Shown here in pieces: positions 25,227 through 37,761 of a stretch of DNA of 64,000 nucleotides. How positions within the stretch are numbered: position 1 is the first letter of the stretch; every line of letters starts with the position of its first letter. The notes beneath the pieces are model-generated. The model was given only the letters and a program-made list of their open reading frames with translations. It was not told the origin of the DNA and searched no databases. The DNA is from Octopus bimaculoides (lineage: Eukaryota): positions 167,335,984-167,399,983 of the forward strand of contig NC_068982.1 of assembly GCF_001194135.2 (NCBI RefSeq), given 5' to 3'. A program made the position numbers and the translations under genes.

Positions 25227-26825
25227 GTGAACTAATTAATCAATTTTTTTGCCACTTTTATTTGTTTAATTTCCATAAGAATTTAATTTCTTTTCTCTGT
25301 TTTAGAATGTTGACTTTTTTTAAAGCTGCCATTTTCTGGTATAGTTAATTATTTTCATATATCATTTGTGTTGTATCTTCTAGAACATTCACATTTTTCT
25401 GTTGGTCTTGAATTGGCACAGTTTAGAGTATTAAGCAAAATGCCTTCTTACATTTTGAGTTCACATCCCACTGATGTCAGTTTCGCTTTGCATCCTTCTT
25501 GGAGCAATAAAGTACTAATCTAGTGGTGGATGGCAAAATCCTTAGGCATCAAATGGAATGAGTGTGATATTTGTTCTGGCTCTTTGTGTTCTGAGATCAA
25601 ATTCTACTGTGGGTAGTAGCCAAGTTTAACATCACCACTTGATCTTTGGAGCTTTTAGCTGAGTCTACTCTTTTGCAAGCATTTGGGTGAAGTCTCTGGT
25701 TTGAGAATATCTTCTTTCCTCCCTCTCATCAGTCAGAGAACCCCTATAGACCATTTTTTTCAACCTTCTACTATGCTCCATCTTGTTCTCTTCTTTCTGT
25801 TTTTCTCTTTGTTTCTCCTACTTACACTTTATCCATTCTTCCACTTCTTTCTCCCTCTGTCTGTTTAGTTTACTGCTCATTGTAGAATCCTTTTCTCATA
25901 TTCCTTTACTAAAGACAAAGTATTGAGCTATGACAGTGTTGTAACTTTAATGAGTGATTCATTGTCTTGCAATGCCCAGTTCATTTGCTCGTATTGTAAA
26001 ATCATCCAACAATTGGCTATCATCATCATAACTAGGTTAAATTTATAAGTCATCTATTTTATCTTTATAGAAAACTGGCTTGATGGATTGTTTTTGTGAT
26101 TTAGAGAGGATTATCTTGAGTTCATAAATATAGATATGTAATCATTGTTATCTTTGGCATCAACCACACACATACATGTGCAAATTGACCAATCTTGGCA
26201 AAGATTTTTTTCCATAGATATTAGAATATATTCAGGTAAACCAAATTTCTTTTGCAGCTAATAAGCTACTGTTTAGCAGTATACTAAAGGATGGATTTTA
26301 AAGTAATAAAATTACATGTCAATTACCAATTCTAATTTGGTTGCTAGTCTTGCACTAAACTGCTGGAAAATCATTACACATATATACACTCAGTAGATTA
26401 AAATACTTCATCTTACAGAGGATGTTTATTTATATTGGATATTGGAAAGCTATATTCATATTATCTATATTTTGCTATACAGTACTGATATGTAATACAT
26501 ATTACTGTATCATGAGTATTTTTATATTTTCTTCACAATTTACTTTCTATTATAATTTGTCTGGCAGATGTTTTTAGTTTTGCATTTACACTGATGCACA
26601 TGTGAAAACATATGTACAGACATGGAAAATCACACATTCTGTCACTTATGAATATATGCATATATGTACAATTGCATATGTATATACAGAGTCATACTCT
26701 TACAAGAGGGCAAGAAAAACACACAAATATTTGTCCAGGTAAAACACAATTGCTGACACACCTTGAAATAGAATTGGTTCTTTTTCAATTGGCAACTATC
26801 TAAACTTTGTTTTTTGTTATTTCAG

Positions 26826-26948
26826 CATCCTTTTATCAAAGCTTTTACTAACAAGAAAGCAATATTAAACCTGTTGAGTGAAGCAAAGGCTGAAGTGGAG
26901 GAGACAGTTCTTGAAATGGATGATGAAGAAGATATAAAGTCAATCAAG
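26826..26948 (+). CDS. SLK: SLK-like exon: HPFIKAFTNKKAILNLLSEAKAEVEETVLEMDDEEDIKSIK; 123 nt, phase 0-0
   Basis: Acceptor tttttgttatttcag. HPF end of the kinase domain and the SLK/STK10 signature L..EAKAEV.E. The 3' end is inferred at an atypical AAG|gttcac donor, because the next exon is open only in phase 0. Confidence 0.88.
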
Positions 26949-27722
26949 GTTCACAACAGACATTTTCCCTTTTATAATAATTCCTTCCTTAAGAAATTTG
27001 ATCTTTTTTTTCCTCCATGCTTTTTGTTGTCATTTCCTTGTTTTTTTTTTTCATTCATTTTTTTTCCTTATGTTCATTCTGTTTCTTTCCCATTTAGTCT
27101 TTTACTTAGTCTATTGTCCATTTAGTCTTCAGCCTCTTCTTTATTTTGCCTGTTCACTGTTTTATCCATTTAGTCCTTTCCATTTTCAGTTTTTTACTCT
27201 TATGTATGTATGAGTTCATATGTTCATTTAGCTCTTCAGTTGTTACTTTATTTGTTCACTCGCCTCCTTCTCTTTCTAGTCTCTTTCATTTCCTTTTTCA
27301 AGTCCCCTTTTCTCGTTTGTTTCAAATCTCTCTCTCCTCCCTTCATTCTTTCTCTATTGCTTGCTTTTAAAATCTCTTGTATCCTCTCTCTCACAGTTTC
27401 TGCCTCATTTGTTTGTCGGTTGTTTCCTCTCTTTTCTCTACTCTCTCATATTCTTGTCTCTTACTCTTGTCTTTACTCTTTCTTATCCTCATCTTTGCTC
27501 CATCTCATCTGCTCTTTCACTTCTGTCCCTACATTTTCTTACATCTCTGCATTCTCTCTATCTTCTCATCTCATCTCTACTTTTTCTCTCTTTCGCTATT
27601 CTATCTATCTTGCATGTGTCTGCTTTCTTTTACCTCCATCACCATTGTATATCTTGTTCTCTCTTTTGGACTTCCCCTTGCTCTTGCTATCTTGCTCTCA
27701 TCTCTGCTTCCCCATCTGTACT

Positions 27723-27761
<39 letters not shown>

Positions 27762-28845
27762 AGTTTCTCTTGTTTTATTTTTTCATACTTTATTCATACT
27801 TTAATGCTCTTCTTTCTGTTTTTTATCATTCTGAAAATCATTCTTTGTCCCCATAGTTTTTATTTCTTTTAAAAATCACATCTTCTCATTCTATTTTATC
27901 CTACCATTAATATGCTTACCCCTTTACTCCAGATAACATTTTATATTCAGACTGCATAAAATATTTTTAGATAACATTTTAAAAATTTTATGTTTAAATC
28001 TGTTTTATTTTTCATTTTATTTCCANNNNNNNNNNNNNNNNNNNNNNNNNNNNNNNNNNNNNNNNNNNNNNNNNNNNNNNNNNNNNNNNNNNNNNNNNNN
28101 NNNNNNNNNNNNNNNNNNNNNNNNNNNNNNNNNNNNNNNNNNNNNNNNNNNNNNNNNNNNNNNNNNNNNNNNNNNNNNNNNNNNNNNNNNNNNNNNNNNN
28201 NNNNNNNNNNNNNNNNNNNNNNNNNNNNNNNNNNNNNNNNNNNNNNNNNNNNNNNNNNNNNNNNNNNNNNNNNNNNNNNNNNNNNNNNNNNNNNNNNNNN
28301 NNNNNNNNNNNNNNNNNNNNNNNNNNNNNNNNNNNNNNNNNNNNNNNNNNNNNNNNNNNNNNNNNNNNNNNNNATATATATACTCACACGTGTGTGTGTG
28401 TGTGTGCATGTGGTCATATGTGCATGCACACATACACACATGTACACACCTGCATAAATGCACATGCTTGTATGTGTATACACTCTGACTTAGAAATGTA
28501 TATACACATGCAGAATATGTTCACATTTAGCTTAGAACTCCTGATGAAGGAGTTAAAGTATTGAAATCTAACTCCATTGCCGATACATATCTGTATTCAT
28601 CTGAATATGCACAGTCATACACTTTCATAACATACACAAACACAAATGTTGGTTCTCAGAATAGAAAATAGCCAGTATGTGGAGTTGACTGGAGAGTTGA
28701 ATGGAGTGACCAAAGCCATAGTAATGCAGTGATGAAGATTTGGACAGCAAAGATGCTGATGAGCTTGGTGACATTGTGAAGCCCTTTATCTGCCTGCAAG
28801 CTGATTGCACTTTTTATTTTTGTTTGACCTTTCCCCTTCCCACAG

Positions 28846-28944
28846 AACATTCCAGAGGACAGCAAATCCTTCGATCTGGACACAATCTCCAACCTGAATA
28901 TTGAAGACATGGAGAAAACAGACCCGGGCAAGGATGACATTATT
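28846..28944 (+). CDS. SLK: SLK-like linker exon: NIPEDSKSFDLDTISNLNIEDMEKTDPGKDDII; 99 nt, phase 0-0
   Basis: Acceptor tttccccttcccacag and donor gtaagt. Only the phase-0 frame is stop-free, and it gives an acidic peptide. Confidence 0.82.
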
Positions 28945-29799
28945 GTAAGTAGAGAGGTACAGAGGCTGTGGTGGTGGTGTTAGTGGCAGCATTATTGGAG
29001 GTGTTAGGTGTGTAATAGTGGTAGTAGTTTGTGGTTGTGATGCTTATAGTTGCACTACAAATTCCTCTCTGTCTCTCTCTCTCTCTATCTATCTCTCTCA
29101 CTCAATCTCTGCCTCAGGAATTACACAATATTGTTTTGCTTAATACCTTAACATCTTATTCTAAAAGCCACAAATATTGTATTGAGCTTATTTTGATTCA
29201 GTTTTAGAAGGATAGGTGTCCAACAGTAAAATATGTTTTTACAAATGAAGAACAGACCTGGATTTGTAGAAAAAAACCCCAATCCATTGTAGAGTATTAA
29301 AAAATAAAATTATCCAGATATACAATTACATGCATGCATCACACTAACAACTCTACAAGCACATGCATGCACACACACATGCACATGCACCCCCTTATTA
29401 CTGCTAGTGCAGAGTTATAAATTACATAAAATTAATAAAGGATGTAATTTTATTGCTGTCGCTATGTTGTTTATAGTACTTTCCAGTTTACAGTGAAGTG
29501 CTGGGTATTTGAAATAACTAAAGTTAGTCTTTGTTGAGAGAATGATTCAAATTCATTATGTTAGATGTAACATCAAGCATAAAGCATTGCTAATTAGTGC
29601 TTTATGCTATACCTTGTGTGTTTTTCTTAATCATTTTAATAACCATTTGAAGTTGACAATGATCTCTTGATTTGATGTCACTAGAGTGACTAACTACTGT
29701 TTGGAATGACCACAAGAGATATGCACTTATGAAAAACAGCAGGACTGTTGGTAACAATATAGGGATGTTGAATATATGCAAAGTAGGACATGCACTAGT

Positions 29800-30910
29800 C
29801 ACTTGTCTTTAATTGCTGTAAAAGCACAGGAGATGCTTTGAGAAAGAAGCAACTACAAAGACATCAAGCTAATAAACCACTATATTAATGTACCAGAAAG
29901 AGTTATAGTTCAAAAGATTAGAAAAAATATAATTTAGATGAGATGCAGTTTGGGTTTGTACTACTGGTTCCCTCTCGGGAAGTGCTTAGAAAGTGCAGGC
30001 CACTGTACATAGCATTCATTGACCCCGCGAAGAACTTTAATAAGGTACTATGCTCTGAAGTCTGGTGGTTACTAAGAAAACTTGTAGATAAATGAATTGT
30101 GAGAGCCATTCAAGCTAAAAGGTGCTGTTAGCAAAGGAAATAGCAACATATACAGCAAGGAATTTAGCATACAGGTAGGTAGCTAGCAAAGCTTGATACT
30201 CATCCTCTTCTGTTTATTATAATTCTCCAGGTCATATTAATAGTTCTGAATGCTGATACCCTAATTTGCATATTTGAATCTGTTCATGATTTAGCAAGAA
30301 GTTCCATTTGCAGAATCAAATCCTGAAATCATGAGGTTTTCAAGTAAACCCACCAAAGATAAAAATGTATGCTGCTATCTGGAAAGTGGCAATGCTCAAC
30401 ACACAGAAAAAGAATAGATAGAAATGTCAAACAGTGTACTTAGTGTAAACTATGATTGCTTAAGAAACGCTGTAGACTCACAGACAGGCTGACAAAGAAG
30501 AAGGACTTCATATGTGATAGATGCATAAGAGTAATTATTAGTAGAGTCCCCACCATAAAGTTCTTTCAAATACCAAGAAGGCTCCAAGAAATAGTTGCCA
30601 GTTTCTGTTACTTAGGCAATCAAATTAGTGGTATAATAGTGTTTTGAACACATAGAAACCAGAGTAGAAAGGGGAGGTCAAAAATCCAGAAAGTTATTAT
30701 TTTTACTAATAGCAAAGGGATTATCTATCCAAGAGAAGGGCAGATAGCATGATGCTTGTATACAAACTGCATTGTAGCATGGTAACAAAACATGGTCAGT
30801 GAGTGTAGAGGATGTGTGAAAGCTGGGAAGAAATGAGGTGAGTATTCTCTGCTGGGTGTGTTGAATTAATTTGCATGAAGGATGGACAGCAAATGAGCTT
30901 AGAGACAAAA
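29800..30910 (+). mobile_element. Old, heavily mutated RTE-LINE ORF2 relic
   Basis: Fragments read KSTGDAL..SNYKDIKL, LDEMQFGFV, PLYIAFID, CT*CKL*LLKKRCRLTDRL..DFICDRC, EIVASFCYLGNQIS and KGR*HDACIQTAL*HGNKTW, collinear with the 12255-14470 copy. Confidence 0.8.
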
Positions 30911-31793
30911 AAAAAAGGATGTCACAGAAATCAGGTGTGCTGGAGAGAAGACTTAGCTAATATAGGCATATGTAATGCATATAGATACAGTTGGGTAACA
31001 AAGTAATAAGCAATCCATGTGGAAGGAAGCTACAAAAAAAAGGAAGAATAATTGTTGCAGACGAAGACCTACCCAACCCATGCAAGTAGAGAAAAATGGA
31101 CCTAAAATGATGATGACTGTTGACAATTTTAATATATTATGTTAATATTTTTCTTAATTATTTCTCATGAAGTCATTTTTATTATTTGGGATTTGTTGAT
31201 AATATGACTGACTGTTTCAGCCTGTTAATGCATTAGTGTGCTGTCTTGTCAACTAAAGGGTGGGTTTTGTATTTCATCATCAGCATGTTGCCTGTCCTGG
31301 TGAAAACATTAAGCTCTCAGTCCATTTTGTAAAAATGGGATATAATTGCAAGAGATACATTTCATCACTGTAAGCCATGAGATCTCTGTTTTATTGACAA
31401 ATATGTTTGTTATTAGTAATATACTACATAATTGACAAATGCACTATGTATCTGGCAAATTTATTGTCACACAATGCAGAGTTCAAATCATGGCATGTAC
31501 AAAACCATGACAACCAAGACACCTTATTTGAGAAGTTCTTGTAGTTTGTATTTGATATTTTGAATTTTTTCTGCAAAGTGTTACATGTCATACAGAAATT
31601 AATCAAATATTGTCATGTTCATACGTGATTCTTTACATTGAGAAGTATCATTCAACTGACAGGTTGAACTGTCTATGGAAATAATAAATGCAAAGGTTTA
31701 GAATTTTTACCATTCATCCATTTTTGATTGTTTACATTGCAATTCCTTAATTTCCCTACTGCTTAATGAAATCATTGCCTTCTTCTTGCACAG

Positions 31794-32213
31794 ATTGATA
31801 ATGATAATAAAGATATTCCTGCCCCTGATGACTCCAGCACACCCTCACCAGCTTCCGTTACCTCAGACAAAGACACGAAACAGAGCAAAACTGTTTCAAA
31901 TGATTCCAGTAGTGTTTCCATTCCTGAGCCTTCTTCCAAAATTCCCCAAGCTTTACCCGATACTACTGAATGTGCTTCTAACAGTCCAGAAGTCCCATCT
32001 GAGGCTCCAACCCCTATCAGTGAAAGTTGCAGCTCCCTGTCTGACACCCATGAGAACATTGCACAAAAGCCCACCAGTCTGCCTGTCAGTAGTAATGATA
32101 CCATGGCTGAAATTAGTGTTGATAAGAAATCATTGGAAACCACTGAGGACTTAGATCGCTCCTCTGATGAAGGGTTAGGTCCTAGTGGAGATGAGAAGTC
32201 TGATGCCAGTGCG
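31794..32213 (+). CDS. SLK: SLK-like Ser/Pro/acidic linker exon IDNDNKDIPAPDDSSTPSP...DEKSDASA; 420 nt, phase 0-0
   Basis: Acceptor gccttcttcttgcacag and donor gtaagc. 140 stop-free codons; the frame has no ATG start, so the ORF track missed it. Confidence 0.88.
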
Positions 32214-32997
32214 GTAAGCGGTTGATTAATCTTATTTATTTTAATTTGGTTTTGGTTAACTCAGCCTTTATCTTGCTTCTTTTTTTTTTCTTTGTTATGA
32301 AAGGCAATTTTTTAAAATTTATTTTAGCCACCTGTAATTGTCTGAATTAATCAGAACAATTAATTGTAGAATCGTTGTGGCTTTGAGGCTACTGAACTAC
32401 AAGGTGTTGAATTAAAACCTTTAAATAGCTATATATGAACTTTCTTTTGTCCTTATATAGTCCTACTTTTGTTATTTTCTTTTTAATTGTAGAAATGGTA
32501 TTCAGATGTAAAATATATTAGCCCTCATTAATTCATAAGTTTTTTTCTATTATTTGTAATTGTCAATTGATATTATTAGCTAGTTTTAGTTGGAGATGAA
32601 ATTGAGCTTTCCATATGAAAGTTATAAAGTAAATATTTTGATTTCTTTTTGCATGTTTTACATTTGTTTTTCAAGTTAACATTAGTGGAATTATTTTTAG
32701 CAAATTGGATGTTTGTATATTGTTGGAGCAAATGTTCTTGCATCTGGATACCATTCTTGAAGTAATAGTGTAGTCTGCATGTTTTTCAAATAGATTAAGG
32801 CAAGCAGAATTGTGCCTTCATCAGAGACCCAGCACAATACCTAGAGTAAGATTTAAACCTAATTATGCTTGTTAAGTTGTCCAACATCTTAATCTCATGC
32901 CATTATATTTTTCTAAACACTTAATAAACTATTTCAGACACATCATTTCATTGCCCCTACTGCTTTTCATTGTGATTTGTTTGTTTGTTTGTTGTAG

Positions 32998-33714
32998 AGC
33001 CCTGCTAAAATTGTCGAGGACAAAATTTTGGTTCCTAGTGGTCCAGCAGATACTGTGATTTCAACTACGTCTCCATCAGATATACTAATTCAGCAAAAGG
33101 AGGAAGATTCTAACAAAGCTAATATAGCTTACCAGATTCTTGAAGACATCATTGATGACGTCATCAAGTCAACAACTGTCCAGCCTTCCATTCCAGCAGT
33201 TGTCTTTGATACAGTTAGTGATGTGGTCGGAGAAGACAGAGAGATTAATGACCAAGATGAAGTGCCAGGTGATTTCCCTTATGAGAAAATTACCAGTGAC
33301 GAGCCCATTAGTGCCTTAGATGAGACGGAGGTGCAAGAAGTTAAAGTCAGCATTTTAGAGGACAATGAAGACAATGTGCCATGTGAACCATTAACTGATT
33401 TGAATTCTGTGTTTACAATCAATGGACAAGTGATACCAGAAAACCATAATGAATTTGTTGCTAATGGTTATGTACCTGGGACAGAAAATGGTACATATGA
33501 TATGAACAATGTGTCTGTGGCTAACACGAAGCCACAACCAGTCCAACATACGGACTTAGACACATTTGAAACTAAACTGGATATTTCAAACCCAGATGAT
33601 GATGAACGACTAAAAGATTCTGATACCCTTACCTCCCTCAGCAGTTTTGAGAAAGAGGAGAAGAAACCAACAAAAGATAATGCTGTGTTACGGTATAAGC
33701 AAAGGCAAAAAACG
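32998..33714 (+). CDS. SLK: SLK-like acidic linker exon SPAKIVEDKILVPSGPAD...VLRYKQRQKT; 717 nt, phase 0-0
   Basis: Acceptor tttgtttgtttgttgtag and donor gtgaga. Same frame as track ORF 33028-33840, which runs on into the intron. Confidence 0.9.
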
Positions 33715-34404
33715 GTGAGATCTTTCTTTAAGTATTTATTTTTCTTGTTCTTGTATTTAATATATTTACTTATTTCCTTCAGTTTTTATGCTCATATTTT
33801 GAAAAAGACTTACATTTTGCTTGTCTTTTCTTTGTTGTGAAGGAAATATTTTGTTTGTGTATGTATTATTTGTACAAATAATACATACACAATGTATTAA
33901 CTGAAAGGGAATAGTTAAAATGAAATGAGTTGAAATTCTAAAATATTAAGAAATCAATTATATTATTGAAGAGTTAAAGGCTTGAACAATGGTTGATGGT
34001 TAAGAAGACATTAAAATAAATATTCAGCTGGTCAGGGAACGAAATTATTAATTTGTTAATTGAACTTTACTTGAAGCGGATAAAGAAAAATTAAAAAATT
34101 AAGCCAAGAATATCTATTAGAGTAAGTGCTCTGGTATAATTGTATTAAAGTTACTCTTTTGACATGAGGAATTGATATTTTCCTTTTATTAAATGACTGT
34201 CTAGAAAGTTGTATCAACAGAAAAGAATTGGATTATCAAATAATTTCTGTAATATAAAACATATAGAAATGAAATATACATGCATATGGGTGTTTATGCT
34301 CATAATACATGTGCAAATGTATATGATGGAAATATGTGCATGCTTGTATATAGTCATAACATTTAACACAGAAATTTACTTGTTTAACTTTGACTGATAT
34401 ACAT

Positions 34405-34580
34405 CATCATCATCATCGTCGTCGTTGAACGTCCGCTTTCCATGCTAGCATGGGTTGGATGATTTGACTGAGGACTGGTGGACCAGGAGGCGACACCAGG
34501 CTCCAATCTGATTTGGCAGAGTTTCTACAGCTGGATGCCCTTCCTAACACCAACCACTCCGAGAGTGTAGTGGGTGCTTA
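34405..34580 (-). mobile_element. RTE-LINE 3' tail fragment
   Basis: (CAT)n followed by cgttgaacgtccgctttccatgctagcatgggttgg...gagagtgtagtgggtgctt. Confidence 0.9.
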
Positions 34581-34819
34581 TATATATATATATATATACA
34601 TGTGTGTGCAACTACAATTTTTCTTAGTTTGCTGTAAATGGCAAGAATATTTTGAAATATGATGATGGTCCTTTTTGCTCTCCTCATTTTTATTTCTCTC
34701 ATGTATCATCAAAGTTTTCTTCTTCATACTTTCAGTTTAATTTAATTAAATGAAACAGAAGTTACTTTTTTTTCCTGTTGTAATTAGTTTATGAATTTTC
34801 ATGTATTGAGTACTGTATT

Positions 34820-34872
<53 letters not shown>

Positions 34873-36049
34873 TAAAATTTAAAATTTGTCTCCTTTCATT
34901 ATAGATTGGCGTCATTTCTTTCTGGCATTGCAGCTTTTCACTTTCTTTCTGTTGCTTTCTTTGGCTCTTAAGTGGAAGTCCTTTTAGATAACTAAAGCTG
35001 TTCTCCTTATCAGTTAATCTGATAACATGGCTCTTATCTGATTTCATATCATGTTTTCTATTTTGTGTTCAAATATGGCAAGTGGTTGTGTGTTTATTTT
35101 AATTTCATTGATGTTGCTAAAGCCTTGTAAAAACTTGATTGAAATAGGTGCTGAGCTCAGATGTGAGAAAAATAAAACTAAATTCTGTAAAAAATAAGAT
35201 CTTTATTAATTCTGTAAATAATAAGTATTATTAAAATGTTATAGATATCTAAGAATGTAAGGGAATGGGTTGGAATTAAATTATTTAAAGTATTTAGGTC
35301 TGATAGTCATAATTCTGAGTTCATATCATAGTAAGATTGATTTTCATTTCAATGAGATTGATAAAATACATAGCAACGATATATTGAGGTCAGCTTAATC
35401 AACTCTACTTCTTCCATTCAATCAAATTATGTGAGAAATCATTGTATGTAATCATTTTCTATATTTAATGTATTGTCTGCACATGCTATGTTGTTATTGT
35501 TGAGAAAATGAAAATAACCTTTTGCCATCTAAACTGTATTTTTTGATAATGTTTTGAGTGTCTTTTTGACAATAACAAATCTTTACAAATTTGTTTGTAT
35601 ATTGTGTCTATACTTGATTTTAATTTATAATTGCTCAGAGTAGGATGATAATTTGCTGTTTGCTGAGTTCAGTGCTTTTAATTTCATTTGATTGCATCAT
35701 CATTATCTCTATTATCATTATTCTTTATATCATTTTTAAAAGTGTGGTAGAGTGAAGGAAAGCACTGTACTATTTACATTTGCATTTAGTTTTGCACCTC
35801 AGCTGGCAGATTGGAATTTGCTTCTCATATCAATAAATTTAACACTTAGCATTTAAAATGGCCATATCCGGCCAAAGTATTCTGACTGTTATATATTCAA
35901 ACAGGCCAGATCTGGTCTCTCACACTAACCTTACAATATCATTTTAAAAATTATAGCACTTACCTCATCAAGATTAGCTACAAGATAATGCATGATTAGT
36001 TCAAAACAATGTGAATAAAAAAAAGCATTAATTTGGCAGTATGAAAGTG

Positions 36050-36432
36050 AAATCGTGATGGCACCACCATTCGAGCGTGATTGTTACCAGCGTCACCTTC
36101 CTGGCACTTGTGCCGGTGGCACGTGAAAAGTCATTTGAGCGAGATCATTGCCAGTGCTGCTGGACTGGCTCCTGTGCAGGTGACACATAAAATACACCAT
36201 TTTGAGCATGGCCGTGGCTAGTACCGCCTGACTGGCCTTCGTGCCAGTGGTACGTAAAAGCACCCACTACACTCTCAGAGTGGCGGGCATTAGGAAGGGC
36301 ATCCAGCTGTAGAAACTCTGCCAAATCAGATTGGAGCCTGGTGTAGCCATCTGGTTCACCAGTCCTCAGTCAAATCATCCAACCCATGCTAGCATGGAAA
36401 GCGGACGTTAAACGATGATGATGATGATGATG
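36050..36432 (+). mobile_element. RTE-LINE 3'UTR and tail, sense orientation
   Basis: Same modules as 19432-19770; ends ggaaagcggacgttaaacgatgatgatgatgatgatg. Confidence 0.9.
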
Positions 36433-36833
36433 TTAACACTAAAGGGTTAAATATCAGTAATGCACTAGAATCAATTCAGTCTTGGTGACCACTATTTTCC
36501 CTATCTCAGGGAAAGAAATTATTATCAAACTTCCTATTTCTCTTGAGAAAAGAAATGTCATACTTCATGTCTATTTAATAAAAGACAATTTTCTGTTGTT
36601 AGCAATAAGTTCTCAATGTGTAGAATCTGTAGCAGTGTTTCAGGTTTTTTTTGGGACCATTTCTACTACTACTCTTAGTTAATTCCTTCCATGAAAATTC
36701 TGTGTTAATTGAATATTGTAATTAAGAAAAGCACTTATTAGTTCAAGACTTTACTTGGTTGATGTAATTATTTTAGCGTACTCCTCCAAATTGATTTAGT
36801 AATAGTGTGGCACGGACATGGCTGTGTGGTAAG

Positions 36834-37064
36834 GCGGCGAGCTGGCAGAAACGTTAGCACGCCGGGCGATACGCTTAGCAGTATTTCGTCTGCCGTTACG
36901 TTCTGAGTTCAAATTCCGCCGAGGTCGACTTTGCCTTTCATCCTTTCGGGTCGATAAATTAAGCACCAGTTACGCACTGGGGTCGATGTAATCGACTTAA
37001 TTCCTTTGTCTTTCCTTGTTTGTCCCCTCTATGTTTAGCCCCTTGTGGGCAATAAAGAAATAAG
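36834..37064 (+). mobile_element. Young SINE B inserted into the head of a SINE A
   Basis: The SINE A head ggctgtgtggtaag is interrupted by gcggcgagctggcagaaacgttagc...gttctgagttcaaattccgcc (B-box-like)...aataaagaaataag, then resumes as aagcttgtttcccaaccacatgg. Confidence 0.88.
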
Positions 37065-37125
37065 AAGCTTGTTTCCCAACCACATGGTTCTGGGTTCAGT
37101 CCCATTGCATGACACCTTGGGCAAT

Positions 37126-37761
37126 NNNNNNNNNNNNNNNNNNNNNNNNNNNNNNNNNNNNNNNNNNNNNNNNNNNNNNNNNNNNNNNNNNNNNNNNNNN
37201 NNNNNNNNNNNNNNNNNNNNNNNNNNNNNNNNNNNNNNNNNNNNNNNNNNNNNNNNNNNNNNNNNNNNNNNNNNNNNNNNNNNNNNNNNNNNNNNNNNNN
37301 NNNNNNNNNNNNNNNNNNNNNNNNNNNNNNNNNNNNNNNNNNNNNNNNNNNNNNNNNNNNNNNNNNNNNNNNNNNNNNNNNNNNNNNNNNNNNNNNNNNN
37401 NNNNNNNNNNNNNNNNNNNNNNNNNNNNNNNNNNNNNNNNNNNNNNNNNNNNNNNNNNNNNNNNNNNNNNNNNNNNNNNNNNNNNNNNNNNNNNNNNNNN
37501 NNNNNNNNNNNNNNNNNNNNNNNNNNNNNNNNNNNNNNNNNNNNNNNNNNNNNNNNNNNNNNNNNNNNNNNNNNNNNNNNNNNNNNNNNNNNNNNNNNNN
37601 NNNNNNNNNNNNNNNNNNNNNNNNNNNNNNNNNNNNNNNNNNNNNNNNNNNNNNNNNNNNNNNNNNNNNNNNNNNNNNNNNNNNNNNNNNNNNNNNNNNN
37701 NNNNNNNNNNNNNNNNNNNNNNNNNNNNNNNNNNNNNNNNNNNNNNNNNNNNNNNNNNNNN
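37126..37761. other. Largest assembly gap. Other gaps: 505-604, 13193-13473, 28026-28373, 38612-38764, 58545-58650, 61219-61312, 63658-63838
   Basis: Runs of N, mostly next to microsatellites or repeats. Confidence 0.99.

Noticed and set aside
27146-27872. Long ORFs (up to 220 aa) rich in F/L/S that look like membrane proteins
   Set aside because: They result from a purine-poor tract that cannot form stop codons; several frames are open at once and none shows a protein motif.
28730-28775. Acidic peptide DEDLDSKDADELGDI upstream of the 99-nt exon, as a possible extra exon
   Set aside because: No pyrimidine tract, a weak gtgaag donor, a 46-nt length that breaks the frame and stops just upstream.
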